Position numbers and translations under genes: made by a program. Below, piece by piece: positions 26,262-34,070 of a DNA stretch of 45,805 bases. Position 1 is the first letter of the stretch. Every line of letters starts with the position of its first letter. Source of the DNA: a virus; the IMG/VR virus record IMGVR_UViG_3300039454_000299, positions 1-45,805 of that record; one strand, written 5' to 3'. The notes beneath the pieces are model-generated. The model was not told the DNA's origin, made no database searches, and was given only the letters and a program-made list of their open reading frames with translations.

Positions 26262-26948
26262 ATGGCTATCACCTACGAGTACGACGACCAGCCGGTTAAC
26301 GGGCGCCGGGCGCCGGCGGGGGAGGCGCGGCCGCCGCGGGATGCAGTGGAGTTCGAGACCAATGTGCCGGTGAAGGTGGCGATCAAGTTTTCCGAGCCGC
26401 GCAAGGTCAACGGCAGGTGGGGTGAGCGGTGCATGTATACGCTGGTGGACGGACGCGTGATGTTCGTCGACCGCGAAGTGGCGGCCTCGATCACCGTGAT
26501 GGAGATTCAGGTGCGGGAGCCGTTCTGGATCTGCCGGAGGGCGGCGGCGGGTGGGAAGAAGGGGCGGTGGGATGTGTGGCTGGATATCGAGGCGGAGCGG
26601 GCGAGGGCGAAGCGGGAGGCGCCCGCGGTCGCGGCCGAGATGCGGCGGTCGATCGGCGAGGCGAGTGAGCAGCGGCGGGGCGGTTTGGCGGGATCGCCAG
26701 TACCGGCACCGGCCGCCTCCCCCGAAGCTGCGCCGGCACCGGCAACTGCAGGAGGTGTACCAGTGTCCCAGTCACATCATAGCGGGATTGATCCGGGCTG
26801 GGCCCAGTTCGTGATCTCGCAGGTGAACGCGCTCACCGATGTGTATGCCGCGGCGCTGAGTTACGCGCGCGAGAAGCATGGGGAGGCGGTGAAGCCGGAA
26901 GATGTGCGCACGTTCGTGGTGTCGGTAGCGGGGGCGCGCGGGAGGTAA
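26262..26948 (+). CDS. Hypothetical early protein (228 aa).
   Basis: I chose the start at MAITYEYDD, because the earlier ATG 26202 lies inside the operators. Central Ala/Pro-rich linker; function unknown. Confidence 0.6.
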   Translation: MAITYEYDDQPVNGRRAPAGEARPPRDAVEFETNVPVKVAIKFSEPRKVNGRWGERCMYTLVDGRVMFVDREVAASITVMEIQVREPFWICRRAAAGGKKGRWDVWLDIEAERARAKREAPAVAAEMRRSIGEASEQRRGGLAGSPVPAPAASPEAAPAPATAGGVPVSQSHHSGIDPGWAQFVISQVNALTDVYAAALSYAREKHGEAVKPEDVRTFVVSVAGARGR

Positions 26949-26989
26949 GATCGAGACAGTCGACACGAGTGCTGATTGCTTGCCGTTTG

Positions 26990-27331
26990 TCAGCGCCCGC
27001 TCTGCTTCGGTGGGGCGGGCTTTTTTGCGCGCCGACGCGCGGCGGCGCCCATGCGGGCGATGGCCAGGCGCCGCTTGGGCGGCACCTTGAGGCGCGCGGC
27101 GCGGCGGAGCTCGGGATTGCCGCGCAGGGCGCCGCAGGAGACCTGGCCGCCCGCGCGGAGCAGCTTACCGCGCACGGTAACCCGTCCCTTGCAGGCGGGC
27201 TCGCCGCAGCTGCACTGGCAAAGCCAGCGGGCATGGCCGGCAGTCTCTTCGCGGCCGGCATACTCGAGCACCTCGAGCGCTCCGTAGACGTGGCCGGTCT
27301 CATCGACAGTGTTGGGCGGTAGGGGGATCAT
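26990..27331 (-). CDS. Hypothetical Cys-rich protein (113 aa) with a basic tail.
   Basis: Start chosen at MIPLPPNTV. GHVYGALEVLEYAGREETAGHARWLCQCSCGEPACKGRVTVRGKLLRAGGQVSCG resembles a common small phage Cys-motif family (from memory). Confidence 0.55.
   Translation of the reverse strand: MIPLPPNTVDETGHVYGALEVLEYAGREETAGHARWLCQCSCGEPACKGRVTVRGKLLRAGGQVSCGALRGNPELRRAARLKVPPKRRLAIARMGAAARRRAKKPAPPKQSGR
26995..27026 (+). terminator. Rho-independent terminator candidate (GCCCGC stem, GCGGGC, then T6).
   Basis: Left arm 26995..27000, right arm 27015..27020, T-run 27021..27026. It is embedded in the 3' end of the convergent gene 26990..27331. Confidence 0.55.
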
Positions 27332-27413
27332 GGGGAAACTTTCTGCCGGGACTTGCCTATCCCGGCGGGCGGGTTTCAAGCCCGCAGGCTCCGCGCCACG
27401 CGGAGAAACGCGG

Positions 27414-27674
27414 CTATTGCGGAGGTTGTATGAGCTTGGTCTCAATCTCGCGTAACCGGCGCTCGGCCTCGGCCATGCGCTCATCGAGCGTTCCTAGGCG
27501 TGACTCCTGTGTGCGGTAGCGCGACTCGTGTGTGCTGTCGCGCCGTTCATTGGCCACCTGAAAGTTGGTCATGCCGGTAAGCAGTTCGGTCTGCATTTTC
27601 CGCATGGCCTCGAGGAGAGAATCCACGATGCTTTTCTCCATCCCCTCGAGATATTTGCGTAGATCGTCATCCAC
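27414..27674 (-). CDS. Coiled-coil protein (86 aa).
   Basis: The GTG start overlaps the upstream gene by 8 nt. The charged heptad-like composition is clearly not an Arg-rich shadow. Confidence 0.55.
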   Translation of the reverse strand: MDDDLRKYLEGMEKSIVDSLLEAMRKMQTELLTGMTNFQVANERRDSTHESRYRTQESRLGTLDERMAEAERRLREIETKLIQPPQ

Positions 27675-28065
27675 GGCTGGACACCTTGCCTTCGGCAGCG
27701 GCGTTACGTCGAGTATCGCAGCCGGTATCGAACCACAGGCGTAGGGCCGCGGGCGAGGCCGCAGCCAACGCCTGCTTGTAGTCGTCCTCGAACTCGGCCG
27801 GACACCAGCAGTCGAGCGAATCGCCGACCGGCCAAGTGTCGGAGTAGGTATCGATGGCGCCGGCTACTCCCCTGGTGCCGTTATGGGTCAGGTTGTTGTA
27901 CTCGCCGCGCCTCCAGTCGGGAATTCCGGCGGCGAGCCATACATCGGCCGTCACGCCGTCATCGCGGCGCAGAGTGACTACGGCTGTGATCTCGTAGGGA
28001 CTCGCGTACTCGGGCTCGTCCGGGTCTTCCACTCGTGAATCGATGATCTCGTATGTGTTCTGCAT
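27667..28065 (-). CDS. Hypothetical acidic protein (132 aa).
   Basis: Start chosen at MQNTYEII, preceded by GAGGAGAAGAAA. Confidence 0.55.
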   Translation of the reverse strand: MQNTYEIIDSRVEDPDEPEYASPYEITAVVTLRRDDGVTADVWLAAGIPDWRRGEYNNLTHNGTRGVAGAIDTYSDTWPVGDSLDCWCPAEFEDDYKQALAAASPAALRLWFDTGCDTRRNAAAEGKVSSRG

Positions 28066-28092
28066 TTTCTTCTCCTCGGCCGTTTGAATGTT

Positions 28093-28131
28093 CGGCCTAA
28101 TTGAAGTATAGCCCACGGCCTAATTGAAGTA
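28093..28131. repeat. Two exact 16-bp direct repeats, CGGCCTAATTGAAGTA, 23 bp apart, in the divergent promoter region upstream of the recombinase gene.
   Basis: Copies at 28093..28108 and 28116..28131. They are AT-rich relative to the genome. Confidence 0.85.
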
Positions 28132-28171
28132 AAGAGGTATTTTGCAAAAGCCGCGTTTTTTCGGCTGGCCG

Positions 28172-28177
28172 TCGAAT
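28172..28177 (+). promoter_or_regulatory. TCGAAT (-10-like) 10 nt upstream of ATG 28188.
   Basis: GCCGTCGAATACTGGAGTGCATG shares the core of the 4460, 6161 and 44503 boxes. Confidence 0.3.
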
Positions 28178-28187
28178 ACTGGAGTGC

Positions 28188-28769
28188 ATGATCCGTGCCT
28201 ATATCTATGCCCGCGTGTCGAAGGATGCGCAAGACAATGCGATGCAGCTCCATGACCTGCGGAATTACGCGAACCGCAACGGCTGGACAGTGACGGAGTG
28301 GACCGAGAAGGAGTCGAGCGTGAAGCGCCGTCCCGTGTTTCAGTCGATGCTCGAGGAGGCGTCGCGGGGCAAGTGCGATGTGATTCTGGTATGGCGGCTC
28401 GACCGGTTCGCGCGCTCGATGAAGGATTTCGTGCTGATCACGCAGCAGCTGGATGCGTGGGGCGTGCGGCTCATCAGCGTGACCGAGGGCATGGACACGG
28501 GCGACGCCAATCCGTTCGCCGAATTTCAACGGGGCCTGCTCGCGCTGCTCGCGCAGCTCGAGCGTAAGATTATCGTGGCGCGGGTGAAGGCGGGAGTGGC
28601 GGAGGCGAAGCGGCAGGGCAAGCACTGCGGCCGGCCTACTCGCGTGTGGCGGCGGGACGAGGCCGCGGCGCTGCGGCGGGCGGGCATGAGCTGGCGCGGG
28701 ATCGCGCGCAAGATCGGGGTGCCGGAAGCCACTATCCGGTTGGCCCTGAATGGTGCGCAGAAAGTCTGA
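28188..28769 (+). CDS. Small serine recombinase (resolvase/invertase family) with a C-terminal HTH.
   Basis: Has the catalytic N-terminus MIRAYIYARVSKDAQ, then VWRLDRFARS, the E-helix LLAQLERKIIVARVKAGV, and the C-terminal HTH MSWRGIARKIGVPEATI. Confidence 0.9.
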   Translation: MIRAYIYARVSKDAQDNAMQLHDLRNYANRNGWTVTEWTEKESSVKRRPVFQSMLEEASRGKCDVILVWRLDRFARSMKDFVLITQQLDAWGVRLISVTEGMDTGDANPFAEFQRGLLALLAQLERKIIVARVKAGVAEAKRQGKHCGRPTRVWRRDEAAALRRAGMSWRGIARKIGVPEATIRLALNGAQKV

Positions 28770-28824
28770 TTGCGCGGCGCCCGTTGGGCGTTGCAACGAT
28801 AGGGGCTGGACTACTCATTTTCGG

Positions 28825-28852
28825 TGCGCAGCAACCAAAAGGTTGTTGCGCA
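28825..28852 (+). other. 12-bp-stem hairpin TGCGCAGCAACC-AAAA-GGTTGTTGCGCA downstream of the recombinase gene.
   Basis: One G.U-compatible position. No following T-run, so it is not a canonical terminator. It could be a protein-binding palindrome. Confidence 0.4.
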
Positions 28853-28999
28853 GCTAAATCACTGAAAAATCTGCGGATGACGCCGATGGCCGGCTTTTTG
28901 GGCTGTGCCGGGGCCGTAGTGCACGATCGTGCGGGCTCGGGGCAGCTTACGTCGGTGAGCGTTTCCATAGGGCAAAAATCGGGCGCGGGCGCCGGGCGC

Positions 29000-29005
29000 T
29001 AGAAT
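29000..29005 (+). promoter_or_regulatory. TAGAAT -10 box 6 nt upstream of ATG 29012 (leaderless-type).
   Basis: One mismatch to TATAAT. No Shine-Dalgarno between the box and the ATG. Confidence 0.35.
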
Positions 29006-29011
29006 TCGGGC

Positions 29012-29560
29012 ATGAGCACTGTTACTACGTCGGCGACGCTGTCGCAGGATCAGATCGATGGGCTGATCCGGAGTCAGCTCGGGATCGATCCGGCGGCGCC
29101 GGTGGCGCCCAATCCGCTGGTGGCCGTGGCGGAAGCTAACTCGGCTGCGTCCGTCGCGATGGATGTGGTCGGGATCAATCAAAATCTGCAGTACAACTAC
29201 ACGGTGGGATTTAACAACTGGGCGGCCCAGGTGACGGCGGGTCGGATCGATCCGGCGGCGGTGCCGCCTCCGGCGCCGCCGAACGCGATGATCGCGGCTA
29301 AGGCATCGGACGGCTGGACGTACATGGTGACCGGTCCGGATCCGGTGTGCCCGCCGCTGCCGGTTCCCGCGGTGACGGCCGCCGCGCCGCCGCCGGCGTA
29401 TGTGCCCGCGGTGGGCCAGGCGGTGCAGGCGCCGGCCGGGGTCAACTATGCGGCCGGGTATAAGTTCACGGAGATGGTCGGGGGCACGGCGATGGGGTTT
29501 GTGGTCGAGCAGGACACTACACCGTGGGGCTCGGTGGTCGTGTGGCGCCGCACGAGCTGA
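29012..29560 (+). CDS. Hypothetical Pro/Ala-rich protein (182 aa).
   Basis: Plausible composition; the antisense ORFs are shadows. Confidence 0.55.
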   Translation: MSTVTTSATLSQDQIDGLIRSQLGIDPAAPVAPNPLVAVAEANSAASVAMDVVGINQNLQYNYTVGFNNWAAQVTAGRIDPAAVPPPAPPNAMIAAKASDGWTYMVTGPDPVCPPLPVPAVTAAAPPPAYVPAVGQAVQAPAGVNYAAGYKFTEMVGGTAMGFVVEQDTTPWGSVVVWRRTS

Positions 29561-29596
29561 AGCTCGGGGCTGGGATGACGGTAGGTCTGGGTGGCG

Positions 29597-29893
29597 TTAG
29601 TCCGCCGCTCTCCATTGCGCGGACCACTGCGGCAGCGTGCCGCGGGGCGCGTGCTCGGGACTGGCGGCCAGCAGCAGCGCTTCGGCCAGCGCATTACTTT
29701 CGGCGTGGCTGAGATCGGGGCGGAGCGCCATTAGCGCTTCGCGGAGGAACCAACGAGCTTCCAGGATCTTGTCCTCGTGGAAACGGCTGCAGCGGCCGCA
29801 GTATCGCTGCCGCACATCGTTGGCGCAGTACGAGACCGAGCCGCAGAGCAGGCAGCGGATGCCGGTGTGGTCGGGGAGGAGTTCATAGGTCAT
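29597..29893 (-). CDS. Zinc-finger protein (98 aa; CLLC...CGRC).
   Basis: Last gene of a four-gene cassette. ATGA overlap with the upstream gene. Confidence 0.55.
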   Translation of the reverse strand: MTYELLPDHTGIRCLLCGSVSYCANDVRQRYCGRCSRFHEDKILEARWFLREALMALRPDLSHAESNALAEALLLAASPEHAPRGTLPQWSAQWRAAD

Positions 29894-30132
29894 TGGACCC
29901 TCTGCAGCTCGTAACCGGCCTCTTGCATCGCCGTGAGCAAGGCCTGCAATCCCTGCTCGAATCGGTCGTTATGCGGGTGGAGCAGCACCCAACAGAGCGT
30001 GTCCAGCGCCGCCTGCAAGATTCTACGCTCGTGGTGCTCCAGATCAACCTTCACCTCACCCCGCAGCACGGCCGTGATGACATCGTGCGCTTTTGTGATC
30101 TCTGCGCGATAGCGGACTTCAGATCTATTCAT
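29890..30132 (-). CDS. Hypothetical protein (80 aa).
   Basis: Start at MNRSEVRYRAEI, with ATGA overlap to the upstream stop. Confidence 0.5.
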   Translation of the reverse strand: MNRSEVRYRAEITKAHDVITAVLRGEVKVDLEHHERRILQAALDTLCWVLLHPHNDRFEQGLQALLTAMQEAGYELQRVQ

Positions 30133-30380
30133 GCGATCAACCCGTTCTTGCGCGCGGTCTCTTCGTTCATTCCGGTCATGCGGAGGATCAGCTCCTGGGT
30201 GGTCATGCGCTGCCACTCGCTCAGAGCGAGATTGCCTTTGTGGAGGAGGTCGACGAGCTGGGTGGCGTGCAGCATGATCTCGATCTTGGTGCCTTCCTGC
30301 GACGTCAACTTCAAGCCGAAGCAGTGGAACGCGCTCGAGTCGGTGATCTCGATCTGGATAGCGGAATCGTTGTCGCTCAT
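30129..30380 (-). CDS. Hypothetical protein (83 aa).
   Basis: Start at MSDNDSAIQIEI, preceded by AGGAG. ATGA overlap with the upstream stop. Confidence 0.5.
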   Translation of the reverse strand: MSDNDSAIQIEITDSSAFHCFGLKLTSQEGTKIEIMLHATQLVDLLHKGNLALSEWQRMTTQELILRMTGMNEETARKNGLIA

Positions 30381-30580
30381 TTTGCGCTCCTGACTAACGG
30401 GGCTTTGGCCGTTTGTCCCCAGACATTGCTGCGGTACAGCGTAGCAGCGGCCAATAGGCAGTCTTTGTGGGCCCACTCGAGCGGGTGGTAGACCTGACCT
30501 TGTGAGTCCATCTCCTCAAACTTGAGACGGACACACCACTCGGCGGAGAGCGGGTGGTGACAGAAATAGCAGTTCTTCAT
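30377..30580 (-). CDS. Hypothetical Cys/His-rich protein (67 aa).
   Basis: Start at MKNCYFCHHPL, with GGAGG 7 nt upstream. First gene of the cassette. Confidence 0.5.
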   Translation of the reverse strand: MKNCYFCHHPLSAEWCVRLKFEEMDSQGQVYHPLEWAHKDCLLAAATLYRSNVWGQTAKAPLVRSAK

Positions 30581-30604
30581 AGCAGACCTCCAATTAGGCT
30601 CCGG

Positions 30605-30610
30605 TATAAT
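30605..30610 (+). promoter_or_regulatory. Perfect TATAAT -10 box 10 nt upstream of ATG 30621.
   Basis: Intergenic, in the divergent region between the cassette and the Nudix gene. Confidence 0.4.
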
Positions 30611-30620
30611 TCTGGTAACG

Positions 30621-31178
30621 ATGACAACCGCGGCACTTCGCAAGCCTGTGGTTTCGGCTCGCAGCAGCCGAACACGGGAGCATAATGGCGTGGTGGCGGT
30701 GCGCGAGACACACTGCGAGCGGATCGAGATGCACGTCGCTGGTGCTTGCCTGCGACTCAATGGTGACCGGTGGCAACTTCTCGCCGGAAGGCGCACCGGC
30801 GAACGCTCCCTGTTCCCGTCCAAGTGGGAGTGCGGCGGCGGCCACGTGCAGCCCGGGGAGGATCTGCGCGCGGCGGTCAAAAGGCAGATCTTCGAGGAGT
30901 TCGGGTTGGACATTGTTCCGCAATATATAATCGAGGACTACTCGATTCATGTGCCGAGAGGCATCATTCCTGGGGTGCGCTTCCTCTGCATAGCCAAAGA
31001 AGGCAATGTCCGTCTCGACCCGCGCGAATTCTCTGAGTGGCGCTGGCTGGATATTCCGATTCCGGCCGACCTGGACTGGATCCCGGGAGTGAAGGACGTG
31101 TTGGATACCGCGCTGCCGGCATTTCTCAGCTCCCTCGTCGACAATTCCTCTTCCAGGACACCGGGCTTCATCCGCTAG
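30621..31178 (+). CDS. Nudix hydrolase.
   Basis: The Nudix box GHVQPGEDLRAAVKRQIFEEFGL fits Gx5Ex7REUxEExGU, except that RE is replaced by RQ. Confidence 0.85.
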   Translation: MTTAALRKPVVSARSSRTREHNGVVAVRETHCERIEMHVAGACLRLNGDRWQLLAGRRTGERSLFPSKWECGGGHVQPGEDLRAAVKRQIFEEFGLDIVPQYIIEDYSIHVPRGIIPGVRFLCIAKEGNVRLDPREFSEWRWLDIPIPADLDWIPGVKDVLDTALPAFLSSLVDNSSSRTPGFIR

Positions 31179-31195
31179 CAGTAAGCAGGCCCTCC

Positions 31196-31567
31196 TCAAC
31201 GCGCCCAGGCGCACCCGGGCAAAGCTCCATTCTTGGCGTCGCAGCGGCGCGCGAATTCCGGATCGGGCCAGCAGATCGGGCCTATGCGCTCGACATCGGC
31301 GAGCTCGAACCGCACCCAGGCCTCGCGGCAGCCGCCGCGGTGTGGACGCAGCAAGAATCCGCGCAGTTCGTTCGGGATCACCTGGCAGACCCATATCAGC
31401 ATCCCGCCAAATCCACGATCGGCCCGCGGGTGAATCTGGACCACATCGCCCGCCGCTATCGGGGGCGGGGCATAGGAGGAGTCGGCGGATGATGGGGGAT
31501 TCGCGCCGCGCGCCAGTAACTCGCGTAAGACGCGCGTCTCTAGGGAGGTGAGCATGAGGGAGACCAT
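31196..31567 (-). CDS. Hypothetical protein (about 123 aa); start uncertain.
   Basis: The body composition is plausible. Candidate starts are 31630 (GTG), 31567 and 31555. The 340-aa ORF 30594..31616 in another frame is Arg-rich junk despite a good Shine-Dalgarno. Confidence 0.45.
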   Translation of the reverse strand: MVSLMLTSLETRVLRELLARGANPPSSADSSYAPPPIAAGDVVQIHPRADRGFGGMLIWVCQVIPNELRGFLLRPHRGGCREAWVRFELADVERIGPICWPDPEFARRCDAKNGALPGCAWAR

Positions 31568-31616
31568 GCAACGAAAAACGGCGCAGGTAAACCCGCAGTA
31601 CGTTCGGTAGATGCAT

Positions 31617-31880
31617 TCAGTCCTCCTCACGGGACACGCCGTAGTACTCGGGCAGCGGCAAGCCGCGGTTCTCGACGCGCTGCAAATCGCGGCCGAGCGC
31701 GCAGGTGCAGTAGGCCTCGCCGAGGATCCGGCCGGTGCCGTTGCACCGGGCGCACCGGGCGAAGGTCTTGTCCGCAGGCCGGCCGCGGGTCAGGAGCTCC
31801 GTAGCAATAAACTCCTTGAGCGTTTCGATCTGGTCCACTGTCAGAAACGGGAGTTGGGCGATCAGGTGATCGATATCCAT
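31617..31880 (-). CDS. Hypothetical Cys-motif protein (87 aa).
   Basis: GGAGG lies 5 nt upstream of ATG 31880. Contains CARCNGTG...CTC. Confidence 0.55.
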   Translation of the reverse strand: MDIDHLIAQLPFLTVDQIETLKEFIATELLTRGRPADKTFARCARCNGTGRILGEAYCTCALGRDLQRVENRGLPLPEYYGVSREED

Positions 31881-31895
31881 CGGAACCTCCAAAGC

Positions 31896-33176
31896 TCACC
31901 CACCAGCCCGTCCGATTTCCTCTTCATCCTCGTCTGGAAGGTCCAAGACTTTCCGCGCCCACATTCGGTCCAACGCTCCTGATTTTGGGTCGGCCAGGAT
32001 GCCGACTGCTTCCACGTGTTGTTCCGGGCTGTAACGCTCACGACGAGGTTCGGGTTGCTTCTGTTCTTCCTGAGAATGCTTTTGGGCGAGCTTTGCGGGC
32101 ACCTGCTGAAGCAAGATGCCTGTGGGGTTTCGCACTGACCTCCGGTTGATCGTGCGGTCCACCTGGTGGATGGTTTCCAGGATCTCCTGTGTCGACACGC
32201 CTGGTTTGGCCTGCCGGCACGTAGCCACGAACTTTTCTGCCGCGGCGTGTTTGACTCCCAGCCGGTCCTTAACAACAACAACATCCACCTCGGAAACACT
32301 CAGATCTTCCGGATTTACAGAGGGGTCTTTGTTGTTGTTGTTCTCTGTTGTAGTTCTCTGTAACTCTGCTTCCTTATTAGCACTGGTATGCGCATAGCCG
32401 TTTTGGGCTTTGCGCGAACCGGAATCCTGGGATTGCGCAGAGTCAATGCCGGCATGCGCAGAGCCTGTCTGCGCAGAGTAGTTCGGCCAGAGCAGTAACT
32501 GTACTTCTAGCGATTCGGGAGCTGGTCGGCGTTTCTTGCCGTTGCGGAGCTGGAGACCAAACTCTCCGAACAACCGCGCGGCCTCCTGCTCCTGAATGGC
32601 GCGGATCGCCGCGTCCGCATCGGCACGCAGCTGCTTCGCCCAACGCTCGTATTCCTGGTAACGGGCATCGAAGTCGCGGGCCTTTTCTTCGGGCAAATTC
32701 TCGACTTCGGGGCGGAGATAGGGCTTCTCTTCTACCAGTATGCGCAAAGTTTCTGACCAGTTTGCGCAGACTGGTGACATCTCTGTATCTTGCTGTTTTT
32801 TTATACCCTTAAGTTGGGTGCTGCGGGAGGGGACGTTACCGCATAAATATAACTTACCCTCTCCATCCCTGGCAACCAGTTTCTGTGCCGCCGCGGCTTC
32901 AAAGGCCCGGTTCGCGTTCGCCCAATCGCCGTTGTAGCGTTCGTTTGCGAAGTCCTGGATGGTGAGCTGGTTTCCCTGTTGGTCAACCGCGTAATTACGA
33001 CGGTGGCCTCTCCGGATGGTCTTGGACCGCACCCAGGCTACCGCGCTTTGCACCGGATCCGGATCATCGAGGAAGTACAGGTACTGTGACGGCGGAATGG
33101 GATCGAAGCCGTGAGGCGACCCCATCTCCTTCATTAGGTCGGTGGCTCTTTGCAGGTCGGCATTGGGAGGCGTCAT
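31896..33176 (-). CDS. Rep-like or DNA-binding early protein (426 aa); function tentative.
   Basis: GGAGG lies 7 nt upstream. The C-terminal ...RSVRNPTGILLQQVP resembles the xNPxGyL motif of DnaD/phage-replication-initiator-type domains (from memory). It lies next to the iteron region and has lower GC with a low-complexity middle. Confidence 0.5.
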   Translation of the reverse strand: MTPPNADLQRATDLMKEMGSPHGFDPIPPSQYLYFLDDPDPVQSAVAWVRSKTIRRGHRRNYAVDQQGNQLTIQDFANERYNGDWANANRAFEAAAAQKLVARDGEGKLYLCGNVPSRSTQLKGIKKQQDTEMSPVCANWSETLRILVEEKPYLRPEVENLPEEKARDFDARYQEYERWAKQLRADADAAIRAIQEQEAARLFGEFGLQLRNGKKRRPAPESLEVQLLLWPNYSAQTGSAHAGIDSAQSQDSGSRKAQNGYAHTSANKEAELQRTTTENNNNKDPSVNPEDLSVSEVDVVVVKDRLGVKHAAAEKFVATCRQAKPGVSTQEILETIHQVDRTINRRSVRNPTGILLQQVPAKLAQKHSQEEQKQPEPRRERYSPEQHVEAVGILADPKSGALDRMWARKVLDLPDEDEEEIGRAGG

Positions 33177-33738
33177 CGCGCGCCTCCGGCACCGGATTTG
33201 GCTTCGCCGCTCGCGCCGGTTCGTCTACTGGGTCTGTTTCTGCCGGGCATCCCAACGTTCCTGTTTCACTCGGGTTTCGGCCCTGTGAAATCACAACTAC
33301 GGTTGGATTTGCGCTGGGGAGTGCGGCAGAAAACCTTGTAGAATGAAGGCTGGCCGTGCCCTCCGGCGCGGTACTGTTGCAACCGAAGTTCTGTCGCGGA
33401 AGCTGTTAGGCCTAGGAAACTTAAGCAGCAACCGTTTCAGGCTTCGGATAAAAGCCGATTGAACCGGAGGTGCTCTTCCACGGCTGTAGTGCGGCCGTCC
33501 CTGACGGGGACGACCGTCTTTCCAAAATAGTTTACATAAATGGAGTTCGCGGAAGAAAAACGGCGATGGGCTATGCGTCCGCGCACCGGCCAGTATTGGG
33601 TTCGGCGCGGAACGGACCGGCAGAAATCGCCTCAAATACCCCAGCACGCACAAGCCGTACTGGAATGCCCAGTAAAGAGTTAGGCTTCTAGTCCTATTGG
33701 CGCTGGGCCGTGAATCTGATACGCTGCCAGAGATCATA

Positions 33739-33847
33739 GACGTATCCGTTGAGCGTCCTTTCTTGTGGCGTTTGGCGTTTGCGTTGGACGTATCCGTTGA
33801 GCGTCCTCCTTTCTTTTTTGGGTGGCGTTCGGCGTTTGCGTTTGTTG
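33739..33847. repeat. Two tandem iteron-like units, each GACGTATCCGTTGAGCGTCCT plus GGCGTT(T/C)GGCGTTTGCGTT.
   Basis: Unit 1 is 33739..33786 and unit 2 is 33787..33847. Each 21-mer contains a GACG...CGTC inverted repeat. Confidence 0.85.
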
Positions 33848-34028
33848 ATGTCCTCCGGGTGACAGTAATCGGTTTCCGGTGGGCATTTTCTCGTTGCTCA
33901 TGACTGGCGCGCAGAGATCGCGGCCTACGCTTACTGCTCTGGAAAAGAAATAAGCGGAGGTCAAATCTTTGCGCCGCCGGCGCCTATCGATTAGAATTGG
34001 AGAGGCAAACCTGTACATTTGTGTTTTC

Positions 34029-34070
34029 ACCGGGCTGCTCCCCAATACGGCAGCCCGGTTGCTGTTTATA
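34029..34070 (+). terminator. Perfect 10-bp stem hairpin (ACCGGGCTGC, 11-nt loop, GCAGCCCGGT) followed by TGCTGTTTATA.
   Basis: The T-rich tail is on the + strand only. No annotated + strand gene lies upstream, which implies an unannotated + transcript or a non-terminator role. Confidence 0.4.

Noticed and set aside
30588-30603. Inverted partial copy of the recombinase-proximal repeat, read as a definite recombination site.
   Set aside because: Only a 9-nt exact core matches (11 of 15 extended), and it overlaps the GGAGG ribosome-binding site of gene 30580. That is insufficient to call a site, so it is mentioned only as a testable possibility.
33470-33903. Track ORFs 33470..33691(+) and 33697..33903(+), plus the - strand ORFs 33297..33737 and 33734..34099, in the ORF-poor region.
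   Set aside because: Their compositions are unconvincing. One is built from the tandem iteron repeats. No ribosome-binding sites are evident. I treat the region as non-coding.
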